A stretch of 64,000 nt of DNA from Terriglobia bacterium (lineage in GTDB: Bacteria > Acidobacteriota > Terriglobia > UBA7540): assembly GCA_020073545.1 (NCBI GenBank), contig JAIQEZ010000009.1:528-64527 (forward strand), in the 5' to 3' direction. The notes below the pieces were generated by a model. That model did not search any database. It had not been told where the DNA came from and saw only the letters and a program-made list of their open reading frames with translations. Positions 49,551 through 57,316 of the stretch are shown in pieces; position 1 is the first letter of the stretch, and each line of letters opens with the position of its first letter. A program made the translations under genes and the position numbers.

Positions 49551-49710
49551 GCCCCTTGCGTCCCTTGTACTCTAAAGACGCTTCCAAGGCTTGTGCGTCC
49601 GATGTTCCGCTAATCGGGCTTCGGCCACAACACAAAATGTATGCCTCTCCAATAAAATGAAGAGGTTTACGTAATAAAGGGGGCCAATCCAATGAGCCCC
49701 CATTTTTATT

Positions 49711-50232
49711 TCACGCCTGTTTTCTCTCAATTCGAGCACGGATCGTTTCCAAGTCCAAAAACTTATTCGCAACGTTGATTAGGTCGTTAGAGATCGATCC
49801 CTTTCGACCAACAATGGTGACGACCTTTCCGATTGCGCGCAAGTGGCCAATGACCGGAATATAGTCGCTATCGCAGCCCATCAAGACAATTTCATCGTAA
49901 GTGTTGGCCTCGGTAAGCAACCTGAAAACCAACTCGATGTCCAGGTTCCCCTTGATCCTCAGGGGAACATCCGATGTCTCACTTTTGATGACTCTGACTT
50001 CCTTGTCCACAACGCTATAACCGATGCTCTGTAAGGCTGTCTTGAAATGACGATATTTTGTAACTCTCTCTGAGTCGCCAACCGGCGGCGTTGCAGTGAA
50101 ATAGTAAGCTGCGGCCTTTTCCTTGTTATCCGTAAAAAAGTTAAAGACCAAGCGCCAGTCAATATGCCAGTGATTGTCTCGCTGGGCATAGAACATGTTG
50201 GCTCCATCTACAAACAGTCCTACTCTTTGCAT
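49711..50232 (-). CDS. NYN (LabA-like/DUF88) domain protein, putative RNase
   Basis: MQRVGLFVDGANMFYA...DIELVFRLL...IVLMGCDSDYIPVIGHLRAIGKVVTIVG is the NYN pattern. The start is set at ATG 50232, which is preceded by ggagga. The upstream part of the track ORF is antisense to a tRNA. Confidence 0.8.
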   Translation of the reverse strand: MQRVGLFVDGANMFYAQRDNHWHIDWRLVFNFFTDNKEKAAAYYFTATPPVGDSERVTKYRHFKTALQSIGYSVVDKEVRVIKSETSDVPLRIKGNLDIELVFRLLTEANTYDEIVLMGCDSDYIPVIGHLRAIGKVVTIVGRKGSISNDLINVANKFLDLETIRARIERKQA

Positions 50233-50315
50233 TTTGTTCCTCCAAGGCGGCGGGACTTCCAAGGCCCGTACCTCATGGGGTATTATATCAGAGTCAGCCA
50301 TTAGAGTCCTCCTGT

Positions 50316-50399
50316 GCGGGGGTGGCGGAACCGGCAGACGCAACAGCCTTGGAAGCTGCTGGACGCAAGTCCGTGCGGGTTCAAATCCCGTCCCCCGCA
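50316..50399 (+). tRNA. Type II (long variable arm) Leu-like tRNA; hand-folded anticodon UGG
   Basis: Hand fold: acceptor GCGGGGG/CCCCCGC (7 bp) with discriminator A; D-arm GCGG-AACCGGCAG-ACGC; anticodon stem ACAGC/GCTGC (A:C mismatch at the top) with loop CTTGGAA; 15-nt variable arm with a GGAC/GTCC stem; T-arm GCGGG-TTCAAAT-CCCGT. No encoded CCA. Confidence 0.8.
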
Positions 50400-50400
50400 C

Positions 50401-51360
50401 TCACCTAACAAGTGGCTCTTTGTACATCAACCGCCTTCCCTCAGCCGCTTTAATCGCTATTACCGTGCGCTCTCCGTCGTTCAGCCCACGGTTATTCCAC
50501 AGAAAGTCGAACTGCCACAAGTAGCGGTGCAAGTATTCCTTGCTAACGTTGTGATAGATTCCCGCGATTCCGCGCTTGATGATGGCGAAAGATGATTCCG
50601 CCGTATTTGTGTGCGCCGTTCCCCGGACGTACTCTCGCTTGCTGTGCCGGACTCTTCGATGGCCGCCAGCAAACTCTTTCCCAATGCCGTCATAGGCGGA
50701 GAAATCGTCTGTGAAAATCCGCGCATTCGGATCGACTACTTCCCGAATGGCTGCCTTGAGAGTCTTGCCGCTAACATCAGCAACCACGCGCCGTCGGATT
50801 TCACCTTGCCGCTGCACAGCCGCGAACACCGGCGTCTTTCTCGTACCGCGTCCCGGCAGGCTATGCCCACGATAGCGCGGTTTGCCGCCCACATAGGTTT
50901 CATCACATTCGACCGTGCCCGTTAGTTTGGGTGCCGTGGCTTGATCTGGGGCCATCGCAAAACGAATCCGGTTCATAAGGAATAGCGCCGACTTGTAACT
51001 GATCTGACAATGCCGCTTGATCTCAAGGGCAGCCACACCTTTCTTCGATGTGGAAGCACGCCAAAACGCATAGCACCAGTGGCGAAGGTCAAGACGGCTC
51101 TCTTCATACACCGTGCCAATACGCACCGTGTATTGCCCCTTGCAATCATGGCAGCGCCAGAGAAACCGCTTGTTTCGTTTACCGCTGGCCGCATCAGTCA
51201 TCTTATAAACCGCCACGCTTCCGCAATGGACGCACGCGGGAGTCTGTCCCCAGCGCAGTTCTTCCAAGAGTTCCACCGCAGCCAATTCATCTGAGCAAGC
51301 CAGTGGAATCTGCTCCACAGTGACGGACCTTGATAGGTTGTGTCGTTTCTCGTTTTCCAT
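50401..51360 (-). mobile_element. IS1595-family (ISXO2-like) transposase gene; IS ends not defined
   Basis: 319 aa. An N-terminal zinc ribbon (CVHCGS...WRCHDCKGQYTVRIGT) is followed by a DDE_Tnp_IS1595-type domain (VECDETYVGGK...IFTDDFSAYDGI...HNVSKEYLHRYL). The stop codon abuts the tRNA 3' end. Confidence 0.85.
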
Positions 51361-51606
51361 GGTCTAATGTTATACATAACACAAGCCTTGTGTCAAGTAA
51401 AAAATGGAGTCTCCCCCACGCTTTTTAGAGTGTATTGTAAAGTTTCTTGATTACTGATATAAGTGTCACAGGTCTACTCGATTCTTCGTCTGTGAGGACA
51501 TCATCTTGGACCTCGGCGACGAAGCGTAAAGACTAGATATATCAGCCCGCCGATGCCCCCCACGACTACATAGAAGGAGAAGTATTCCTCATCGAAATCA
51601 TTACCC

Positions 51607-52437
51607 ATGAACAAGACAGAACTCGTATCCGCACTTTCGGCCCTGGGAACTTGGATACAAGTATTCGGAGTACTTGTAGCGATTGGAATTGTCGGCGAAG
51701 TTGGCGTTGGTGTTCGGAGTTGGATACTCAATAGAAGGTTGCAGGCCATCGAGCGCGTCGAGGACATGGAACAACGGACGGAAATAGCTCGATTAAACCG
51801 AGAGGCTGGAGATGCCCGTAAGGATGCAGCGCTCGCGATAGAACGCGCAAGCAGTGCTGAAGAAAACCTAGCTGGAGCAAATGAGCGAGCTGCACTAGCC
51901 GAACAACATGCCGCAGAGGCAAGCGCCAAAGCGGAAGGGTTCCGTCTTGATATTGCTAAGGCCAATGAACGTGCCGCAGATGCCAACCGAATTGCGGAGC
52001 AAGAAAGACTTGCTCGACTCCAACTAGAAGCTAGGCTTGCGGATCGAGTCTTGACCCCCGACGGGCAATCCCGGCTCACAGCCTTGGCCGCTACCTTTCC
52101 GCATGGCACTCGGATCGACATATTCATGTTCGGCGGCACCTTGGAGATTGCCAATATTACCCAATCAATCAATAAGTCATTGGCAGCCGGGGGCTGGACG
52201 GTACGGCAGTGGCAAGTAACCGGGGGAGGAGCCGTTCGTGGAATATTGGTCGGCACTAACCCCAGTGCCGATGCCGCGACAGCCCGAGCCGCTTCTGGGA
52301 TTATCTCCACGTTAGTTTCGGCAGGGGTAGGCGCAGGCCCTTGGAAGTTCGATGAGTTGGTCATGAGTGGAATGGCGCAGGGACCGGGCGAGCCGATGGA
52401 CGCGCCCATAAGAATGTTCATCGGCAGCAAGCAATAG
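51607..52437 (+). CDS. Hypothetical membrane-anchored coiled-coil protein
   Basis: 276 aa. An N-terminal TM helix (WIQVFGVLVAIGIVGEVGVGV) is followed by an Ala/Glu/Arg-rich coiled coil and a globular C-terminal domain. It is preferred over the low-complexity antisense ORF 51501..52490. Confidence 0.6.
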   Translation: MNKTELVSALSALGTWIQVFGVLVAIGIVGEVGVGVRSWILNRRLQAIERVEDMEQRTEIARLNREAGDARKDAALAIERASSAEENLAGANERAALAEQHAAEASAKAEGFRLDIAKANERAADANRIAEQERLARLQLEARLADRVLTPDGQSRLTALAATFPHGTRIDIFMFGGTLEIANITQSINKSLAAGGWTVRQWQVTGGGAVRGILVGTNPSADAATARAASGIISTLVSAGVGAGPWKFDELVMSGMAQGPGEPMDAPIRMFIGSKQ

Positions 52438-52528
52438 AAAATCCCACCAACAGTCCAAATTAGGACACTACGTCCTTGCGTAAAGTGCATACTTCCGTTT
52501 CGGGAAACCCACCGATACTGAACTCGCG

Positions 52529-52544
52529 TGGCATCAGTCCTGCT
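52529..52544 (+). promoter_or_regulatory. Candidate sigma-54 (-24/-12) promoter of gvpA
   Basis: TGGCAT-cagtc-CTGCT compares with the consensus TGGCAC-N5-TTGCW. GG (52530-31) and GC (52542-43) have the canonical spacing. It lies about 85 nt upstream of the gvpA ATG, and a sigma-54 activator is encoded in the locus. Confidence 0.55.
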
Positions 52545-52629
52545 ATTAAGGTTGGCGGGGCCGGTCTCTTGTACGCGAGGCTTGCCCTAATCAAACTTGG
52601 GTAACTTTTTACCCGGAAGGAGAACGGCC

Positions 52630-52848
52630 ATGGCAAAGGTCGCAAAGTCGACTGACTCCTCAAGCCTGGCGGAAGTAGTTGATCGGATTCTCGACAAGGG
52701 AATCGTGATCGACGCCTGGGCCAAGGTGTCGCTGGTCGGGATCGAGCTGTTATCCGTCGAAGCCCGCGTGGTGATCGCTTCGGTCGAGACCTACCTGAAG
52801 TACGCCGAAGCTATTGGTCTGACAGCGAATGCTGCGGCTCCTGCTTAA
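52630..52848 (+). CDS. gvpA: Gas vesicle structural protein GvpA
   Basis: 72 aa. [55 protein letters not shown] is the canonical GvpA core. The RBS ggaaggag lies 7 nt upstream of the ATG. Confidence 0.95.
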   Translation: MAKVAKSTDSSSLAEVVDRILDKGIVIDAWAKVSLVGIELLSVEARVVIASVETYLKYAEAIGLTANAAAPA

Positions 52849-52955
52849 TGCTCGCTGGGAGACCGATCGCTGCCGATTGGGGGGCCGTGGTATGGCCCTC
52901 CGTTTGGCAGTGAGAGGTGAGATGAAGGGACCAGAAGATCAAAGGGAGGGGAACC

Positions 52956-53246
52956 ATGGGTAGATTGTTGGAAGACATGACTCGACTGAGCGAGGAAATC
53001 CAAGCGCTGCGCGGAAGCCGTCGGGCGTTCCGAAAAGAACTCGCGGACGGCAACAAGGATCGCCAGATGGATGTCTTTGAAATGTGTGTCGACCTTGCAG
53101 ACACACAAGCTCGAATGGCAAAGAGGGCGAAAGCGGAGCGTCTTGCTTTCTTGAACAACCTGAAGCGAAACGTCGGCGGGCAGCAACGGGAAATGAGGGC
53201 TGATATTGCTGGCGCGCGCCGTGCCTGGGCGGGCGGGGGCGCGTAG
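52956..53246 (+). CDS. Coiled-coil protein, gvp-associated (paralog 1)
   Basis: 96 aa with a strong RBS (agggagggg). The N-terminus MGRLLEDMTRLSEEIQALRGSR is shared with the next gene. Confidence 0.7.
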   Translation: MGRLLEDMTRLSEEIQALRGSRRAFRKELADGNKDRQMDVFEMCVDLADTQARMAKRAKAERLAFLNNLKRNVGGQQREMRADIAGARRAWAGGGA

Positions 53247-53384
53247 CGGCTTGGCGATTAGGAAACCTCCGGAGGTTGGAATTGAACCCTCCCCTTTGAC
53301 CCCGCCGGCGCACTCAACGGCAGGTAGCTGACCGAATGGGGGGCAGCGAGGACGACGAGGTTAAGAAATCTTAAGGAGAACAAC

Positions 53385-53792
53385 ATGGGGATGCTAACCG
53401 AAGACATGACTCGATTGCGGGACGAAATCCTGGCGCTACGAAGCTCGCGCCAGGGACTGATCCATGATCTGGCGCGCGAGACCGAGAAGCGACGGGCTGA
53501 CGTGTCAAGTATGCTCGCCAACACTTCCGAAGCCCTCAGTGCCGTCGCCAAGGCGACGAAAGCCGATCGTTTGGGTTCCATCGCGGACCTCAAAAGCGCC
53601 GTCGCCGACATTCTGAGTGGCGTTAGCACGGATCTGTGCGGCATTCGACAAGTCTGGCTGGCCTCGGGCACTCCAGCGCGCTGGGCTGGGGGGGAATGCG
53701 GAAAACAGACAAGGCAGGTAGCCGCGGCCGACTCGAAAGGAAGCCGGAGTGTGACAGGTCGCAAGCCCGCGCCGGTACGCAAGAAGCGATAG
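53385..53792 (+). CDS. Coiled-coil protein, gvp-associated (paralog 2) with basic C-terminal tail
   Basis: 135 aa with RBS aaggag. MGMLTEDMTRLRDEILALRSSR... is collinear with 52956..53246 over about 90 aa. Confidence 0.7.
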   Translation: MGMLTEDMTRLRDEILALRSSRQGLIHDLARETEKRRADVSSMLANTSEALSAVAKATKADRLGSIADLKSAVADILSGVSTDLCGIRQVWLASGTPARWAGGECGKQTRQVAAADSKGSRSVTGRKPAPVRKKR

Positions 53793-53867
53793 CATTAAGT
53801 CTCCAACAGCCGGGATGCGGGTTAAGCTCCGACGAGCTCGAGATGCTTGGAGAGAGGGAAAAACACG

Positions 53868-54884
53868 ATGAATGGTGACGAGGCGAAGGATGTCCTGGTG
53901 GCCAGCGAAGTAGTCGAACCCCAAGGACACAGTATTGTGCTTGAGCCCAGCGATGAGTTCGTCTTGACCCCGCAGATCAAGGCGCTGGCAGACAGGGCGC
54001 TGAGCTACCTGGATGTCGGATACGCGGTCCACTTCGCAGGGCCGGCAGGCACGGGAAAGACGACCCTCGCCCTGCACGTGGCTGCGCAGATCGGTCGGCC
54101 GGTTGTCCTCATCCATGGCGACGACGAATTTGGCAGTTCCAACCTGATTGGCAAGAATTCCGGCTTCCGCACGTCCAAGCTCATTGATAATTATATTCAC
54201 TCCGTGGTGAAGACCGAAGAAAGCTTGAGCACGCTTTGGGAGGACCATCAGCTCACCACCGCCTGCCTCGACGGACACACCCTCATTTACGATGAGTTCA
54301 ACCGTTCCCGGCCCGAAGCCAACAATGTGCTCCTCAGCATCCTGGAAAAGAGGATTCTCAATCTGCCTAGCCTGCGCCGGTCCGGTGAGGGGTACGTACA
54401 TGTACACGAGAACTTTCGGGCCATCCTGACGTCGAACCCTGAGGAATATGCCGGCGTCCACAAGACGCAGGACGCGCTGGTGGACAGGATGATTACCATC
54501 GACCTCGGACATTTCGATCGCGAAACGGAGATTCAAATCACCAAGGCGAAGTCAGGCATTCCCACCGAGGATGCCGAAAGGATCGTGGACATTGTCAGGG
54601 AGCTCCGCGGGGTGGGTGTGAACAACCACCGCCCCACGATTCGGGCCTGCATCGCCATCGCCAAGATCCTTTCCCGCCGCAATGGGCGCGCCCAGATAGG
54701 GGATCCCACCTTTTGGTGGGTATGCTGCGACGTTCTCAAAACGGACACGGCCAAGGTTACTCATGATGGCCAGTCACTTATGTTGGGGAAGGTGGAAGAG
54801 GCGATCAGGAGAATCTGCGGGAACCATGGGAACGGCAACCATGCGAAGCGCCGAAAGAATCACCACCGGGGCGCTACGGCCTGA
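53868..54884 (+). CDS. gvpN: Gas vesicle AAA+ ATPase GvpN
   Basis: YAVHFAGPAGTGKTTLALHVAAQIGRPVVLIHGD...LIYDEFNRSRPEANNVLLSILEKRIL is the GvpN/CbbQ-type pattern. The start could be 53847 or 53868. Confidence 0.9.
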   Translation: MNGDEAKDVLVASEVVEPQGHSIVLEPSDEFVLTPQIKALADRALSYLDVGYAVHFAGPAGTGKTTLALHVAAQIGRPVVLIHGDDEFGSSNLIGKNSGFRTSKLIDNYIHSVVKTEESLSTLWEDHQLTTACLDGHTLIYDEFNRSRPEANNVLLSILEKRILNLPSLRRSGEGYVHVHENFRAILTSNPEEYAGVHKTQDALVDRMITIDLGHFDRETEIQITKAKSGIPTEDAERIVDIVRELRGVGVNNHRPTIRACIAIAKILSRRNGRAQIGDPTFWWVCCDVLKTDTAKVTHDGQSLMLGKVEEAIRRICGNHGNGNHAKRRKNHHRGATA

Positions 54885-54898
54885 AAAGGAGCGCAAGT

Positions 54899-55204
54899 AT
54901 GCCTATACCGTTAAGGGGTCTAAGGACCATTCGTACGTTGGCTGGTCGAGTGGACCGCCTCTTTGTCCCCCACAGAGCGCACATGCGAGTCGCATGCCTG
55001 GAAATCGAAAAGGCTCGGCGCGCCACCGAAAGAATAACCGCGAGCCGGCGGGTGGCAGAGCTTGATGCCCGTCTCCACGAGATCGAGGCCGAAGAGGCGG
55101 CCCTCTTGCAGGGTCTGGCCGGACGCAAACGGGTTGGTCTGCCTGGGGCTGGGACAAGGCCCACACCGCGGGGGAGTGCCGGTGCGTTTAGGATCAGGTA
55201 CTAA
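54899..55204 (+). CDS. Small hypothetical protein in gvp block 2
   Basis: 101 aa. The RBS aaggag lies 8 nt upstream. Central helix ACLEIEKARRATERITASRRVAELDARLHEIEAEEAALL. Confidence 0.6.
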   Translation: MPIPLRGLRTIRTLAGRVDRLFVPHRAHMRVACLEIEKARRATERITASRRVAELDARLHEIEAEEAALLQGLAGRKRVGLPGAGTRPTPRGSAGAFRIRY

Positions 55205-55281
55205 GGTGAGGGAGCGCGGTGTGGCATTGAAGAGACCCGCTACCTGGAACCTCTGAAATCGTCGCAAGGGGACGAGGAGCG

Positions 55282-55629
55282 ATGATTCTGGAAACCGAAA
55301 AGGAGCTCCGGCAGGTCGTGCAGATTGCCGTCGCCACGGCACTGGCTTGTTGGGGCTTTCCTTTGCTGGCGCTCTTGCTAGTTCTTCTAATCTTGCCGTG
55401 GCAGCCGATCTATCGGATGGCCGCGTATCTCGGGGGTGTGGTCCTGGAAGTCAAAGCGCAAAGGACGGTCAAGCGGGCGATGAAGAAGCTGCACGAGGAA
55501 CCCGCGCACGTCACCCAGCCCAGCCCGGGGGCGGGGGGGGCCGAGCGGGGTTCTCCCGCACATCGTCGTCCTGGGAACTCGGAGGAGAGGATATGCGAAT
55601 CAACTGTTTGGGCTGCGGGTACAAATTAG
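55282..55629 (+). CDS. Small membrane protein in gvp block 2
   Basis: 115 aa with RBS gaggag and a hydrophobic segment VVQIAVATALACWGFPLLALLLVLLILPW. Its 3' end overlaps the next small ORF, so the true stop and extent are uncertain. Confidence 0.45.
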   Translation: MILETEKELRQVVQIAVATALACWGFPLLALLLVLLILPWQPIYRMAAYLGGVVLEVKAQRTVKRAMKKLHEEPAHVTQPSPGAGGAERGSPAHRRPGNSEERICESTVWAAGTN

Positions 55630-55712
55630 ACCTGGACGAGGCTTACGACGACTATGATGGCCCGGTGAAATGCTTCGCATGCGAGGCAATTCTTGAGATC
55701 CGCACGGAATAG
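55593..55712 (+). CDS. 39-aa zinc-ribbon protein in gvp block 2
   Basis: MRINCLGCGYKLDLDEAYDDYDGPVKCFACEAILEIRTE contains two CxxC pairs. A strong RBS (ggaggagagg) precedes the ATG. The TAG stop is followed by 44 in-frame sense codons. Confidence 0.6.
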   Translation: MRINCLGCGYKLDLDEAYDDYDGPVKCFACEAILEIRTE

Positions 55713-55913
55713 GGCTACATCAAAGCGGTCCAGCAAGCGAATATCGCACGGCACCCTTCGGCCAAGGAGGCCTTCGAGCGCGTTCTCAACCCGATGGACG
55801 AGGCTGCCCAGCGGGCGTACGCTTCCGGCCATGCCCGCACCGGTTAAAGGAGAGCGAAGAAACGGCCGATATATCCCCTCAGAGATCATGTTGATGAAAG
55901 GAGTAAGGCAGCC

Positions 55914-56171
55914 TTGGGTGGAGAAAAGCCTGAGGAGGCAGCAAATCGCCGGAATCGACAAAGACCCGAGCTGATGGAGCGCGACCATGCTCGAGCCTCC
56001 CAGACCTTGCTCACCCGTATCTTGGACCTCCACATCTCGGGCCGCACAGCGGACGAAATCGCCGCGCAGCCTCTTACCACCGAGCCCGAGGACGCCATGT
56101 TCCGTGCCGCGATGCTGGTGGAGATGATCCTTCACTACGCCCGCCGCTGTCCGGGGGAGACAAACCAGTGA
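55914..56171 (+). CDS. Small protein with possible helix-turn-helix (LuxR/sigma region-4-like) segment
   Basis: 85 aa from TTG 55914, or 65 aa from ATG 55974. Contains LLTRILDLHISGRTADEIAAQ. The stop overlaps the GTG start of the next gene (GTGA). Confidence 0.45.
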   Translation: MGGEKPEEAANRRNRQRPELMERDHARASQTLLTRILDLHISGRTADEIAAQPLTTEPEDAMFRAAMLVEMILHYARRCPGETNQ

Positions 56172-56971
56172 GTATGGGCCAAACAACGACCGCGAAAGCG
56201 CCTGAGAAGCAACCGCCGAGTCAACCTGCAGCCAGGGGCAGGACGTACCTTTACGCGGTCATAGGCGACGCGCAGGGCCGGACGTACGGTGACTTCGGCG
56301 TCGATGGGCGAAAGGTATATTCCATCCCTGCTGGGAAAGTGGCGGCTGTCGTCAGCGACGTGCCCAGCGGAACGCTCCGCCCGGAACGCTCCCGTCTCGC
56401 CGCCCATCAGGAAGTCCTCAAAAAACTCATGGCGGAGGCCACGCCGCTGCCCATGTCCTTCGGGATCCTTGCGGACAGCCCGCAGGCCGTTCGAAACATG
56501 CTTTCTCGCAACCAGCATGCCCTCCGCGAGCAACTCCGTCGCGTGGCGGGCAAAGTGGAGATGGGTTTGCGAGTCACTTGGGACGTGCCCAACATCTTCG
56601 AGTATTTCGTGAATACCCATCCGGAACTGAGGCTCGCCCGGGACCGATTACTGGGAGGCCAACGCGAGCCCACGCAGGAGCAGAAGATCGAAGTCGGAAG
56701 GCTGTTCGAGCGTCTTCTCAACGAGGATCGGGAAGCCTACGCCGACAAAGTGGAAGCAATCCTAGCGCCCCACTGCTTTGAGATCGAGCCGAACAAATGC
56801 CGCAACGAAGGCGAGGCGCTGAATCTGGCCTGTCTCGTCGAGCGTGCGGCGATGCCACAATTCGAAAGCAGCGTCTTCGAGGCCGCGAAGCAGTTTGATA
56901 ACAACTTTGCCTTCGACTATAACGGACCGTGGGCGCCCCACAACTTTGTCGAGGTCGACCTCGAGCTTTAA
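56168..56971 (+). CDS. GvpL/GvpF-family gas vesicle protein (copy 3)
   Basis: YLYAVIGDAQ...VYSIPAGKVAAVVSDVP...LAAHQEVLKKLMAEATPLPMSFG...YNGPWAPHNF. Confidence 0.85.
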   Translation: MSMGQTTTAKAPEKQPPSQPAARGRTYLYAVIGDAQGRTYGDFGVDGRKVYSIPAGKVAAVVSDVPSGTLRPERSRLAAHQEVLKKLMAEATPLPMSFGILADSPQAVRNMLSRNQHALREQLRRVAGKVEMGLRVTWDVPNIFEYFVNTHPELRLARDRLLGGQREPTQEQKIEVGRLFERLLNEDREAYADKVEAILAPHCFEIEPNKCRNEGEALNLACLVERAAMPQFESSVFEAAKQFDNNFAFDYNGPWAPHNFVEVDLEL

Positions 56972-56994
56972 GACCGGCGATACGGGAGGAAGCC

Positions 56995-57291
56995 ATGGTG
57001 CTCGTGGATGACGTCTTGATGTTTCCCATCCGCAGTGTGCTCTGGATCTTCCGTGAGATTCACAACGCCGCCCAGGAGGAGCTTGCCAACGAGAGTGAAT
57101 CCATTACCGCGGAGCTGAGTGGTCTTTACATGATGCTGGAAACCGGAAAGATCTCGGAGGAAGAGTTCGCCGCGGAAGAAAAGACCTTACTCGACCGGTT
57201 GGACAGAATCCAAAAGCCTGACAGGGGCCTCGAACGGGAGGATGGCAGAGAGCAAAAGCAGGACCAACGTGAAGAGAGAAGCGTCGCGTGA
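56995..57291 (+). CDS. gvpG: Gas vesicle protein GvpG
   Basis: MVLVDDVLMFPIRSVLWIFREIHNAAQEEL...LSGLYMMLETGKISEEEFAAEEKTLLDRL is the GvpG pattern. RBS gggagga. Confidence 0.85.
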   Translation: MVLVDDVLMFPIRSVLWIFREIHNAAQEELANESESITAELSGLYMMLETGKISEEEFAAEEKTLLDRLDRIQKPDRGLEREDGREQKQDQREERSVA

Positions 57292-57316
57292 GGGGCGCAT
57301 TAGATGCGCAGAGAGC

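Noticed and set aside
50316-50399. Reading the tRNA-like sequence on the minus strand (which would give a CCA/Trp anticodon)
   Set aside because: The canonical GGGTTCAAATCCC T-arm and the GTGGCGGAA...AGACGC D-arm exist only in the plus orientation. On the minus strand these elements would be in the wrong arms.
51501-52490. The 329-aa minus-strand ORF opposite the membrane coiled-coil gene
   Set aside because: It is dominated by Ala/Ser/Arg low-complexity sequence mirroring the coiled-coil codons of the plus strand. The plus-strand ORF has a sensible TM, coiled-coil and globular layout.
52956-53792. Calling the two coiled-coil genes gvpC
   Set aside because: No tandem 33-residue GvpC-type repeats are visible. 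Position after gvpA alone is not sufficient, so they are kept as uncharacterised gvp-associated proteins.
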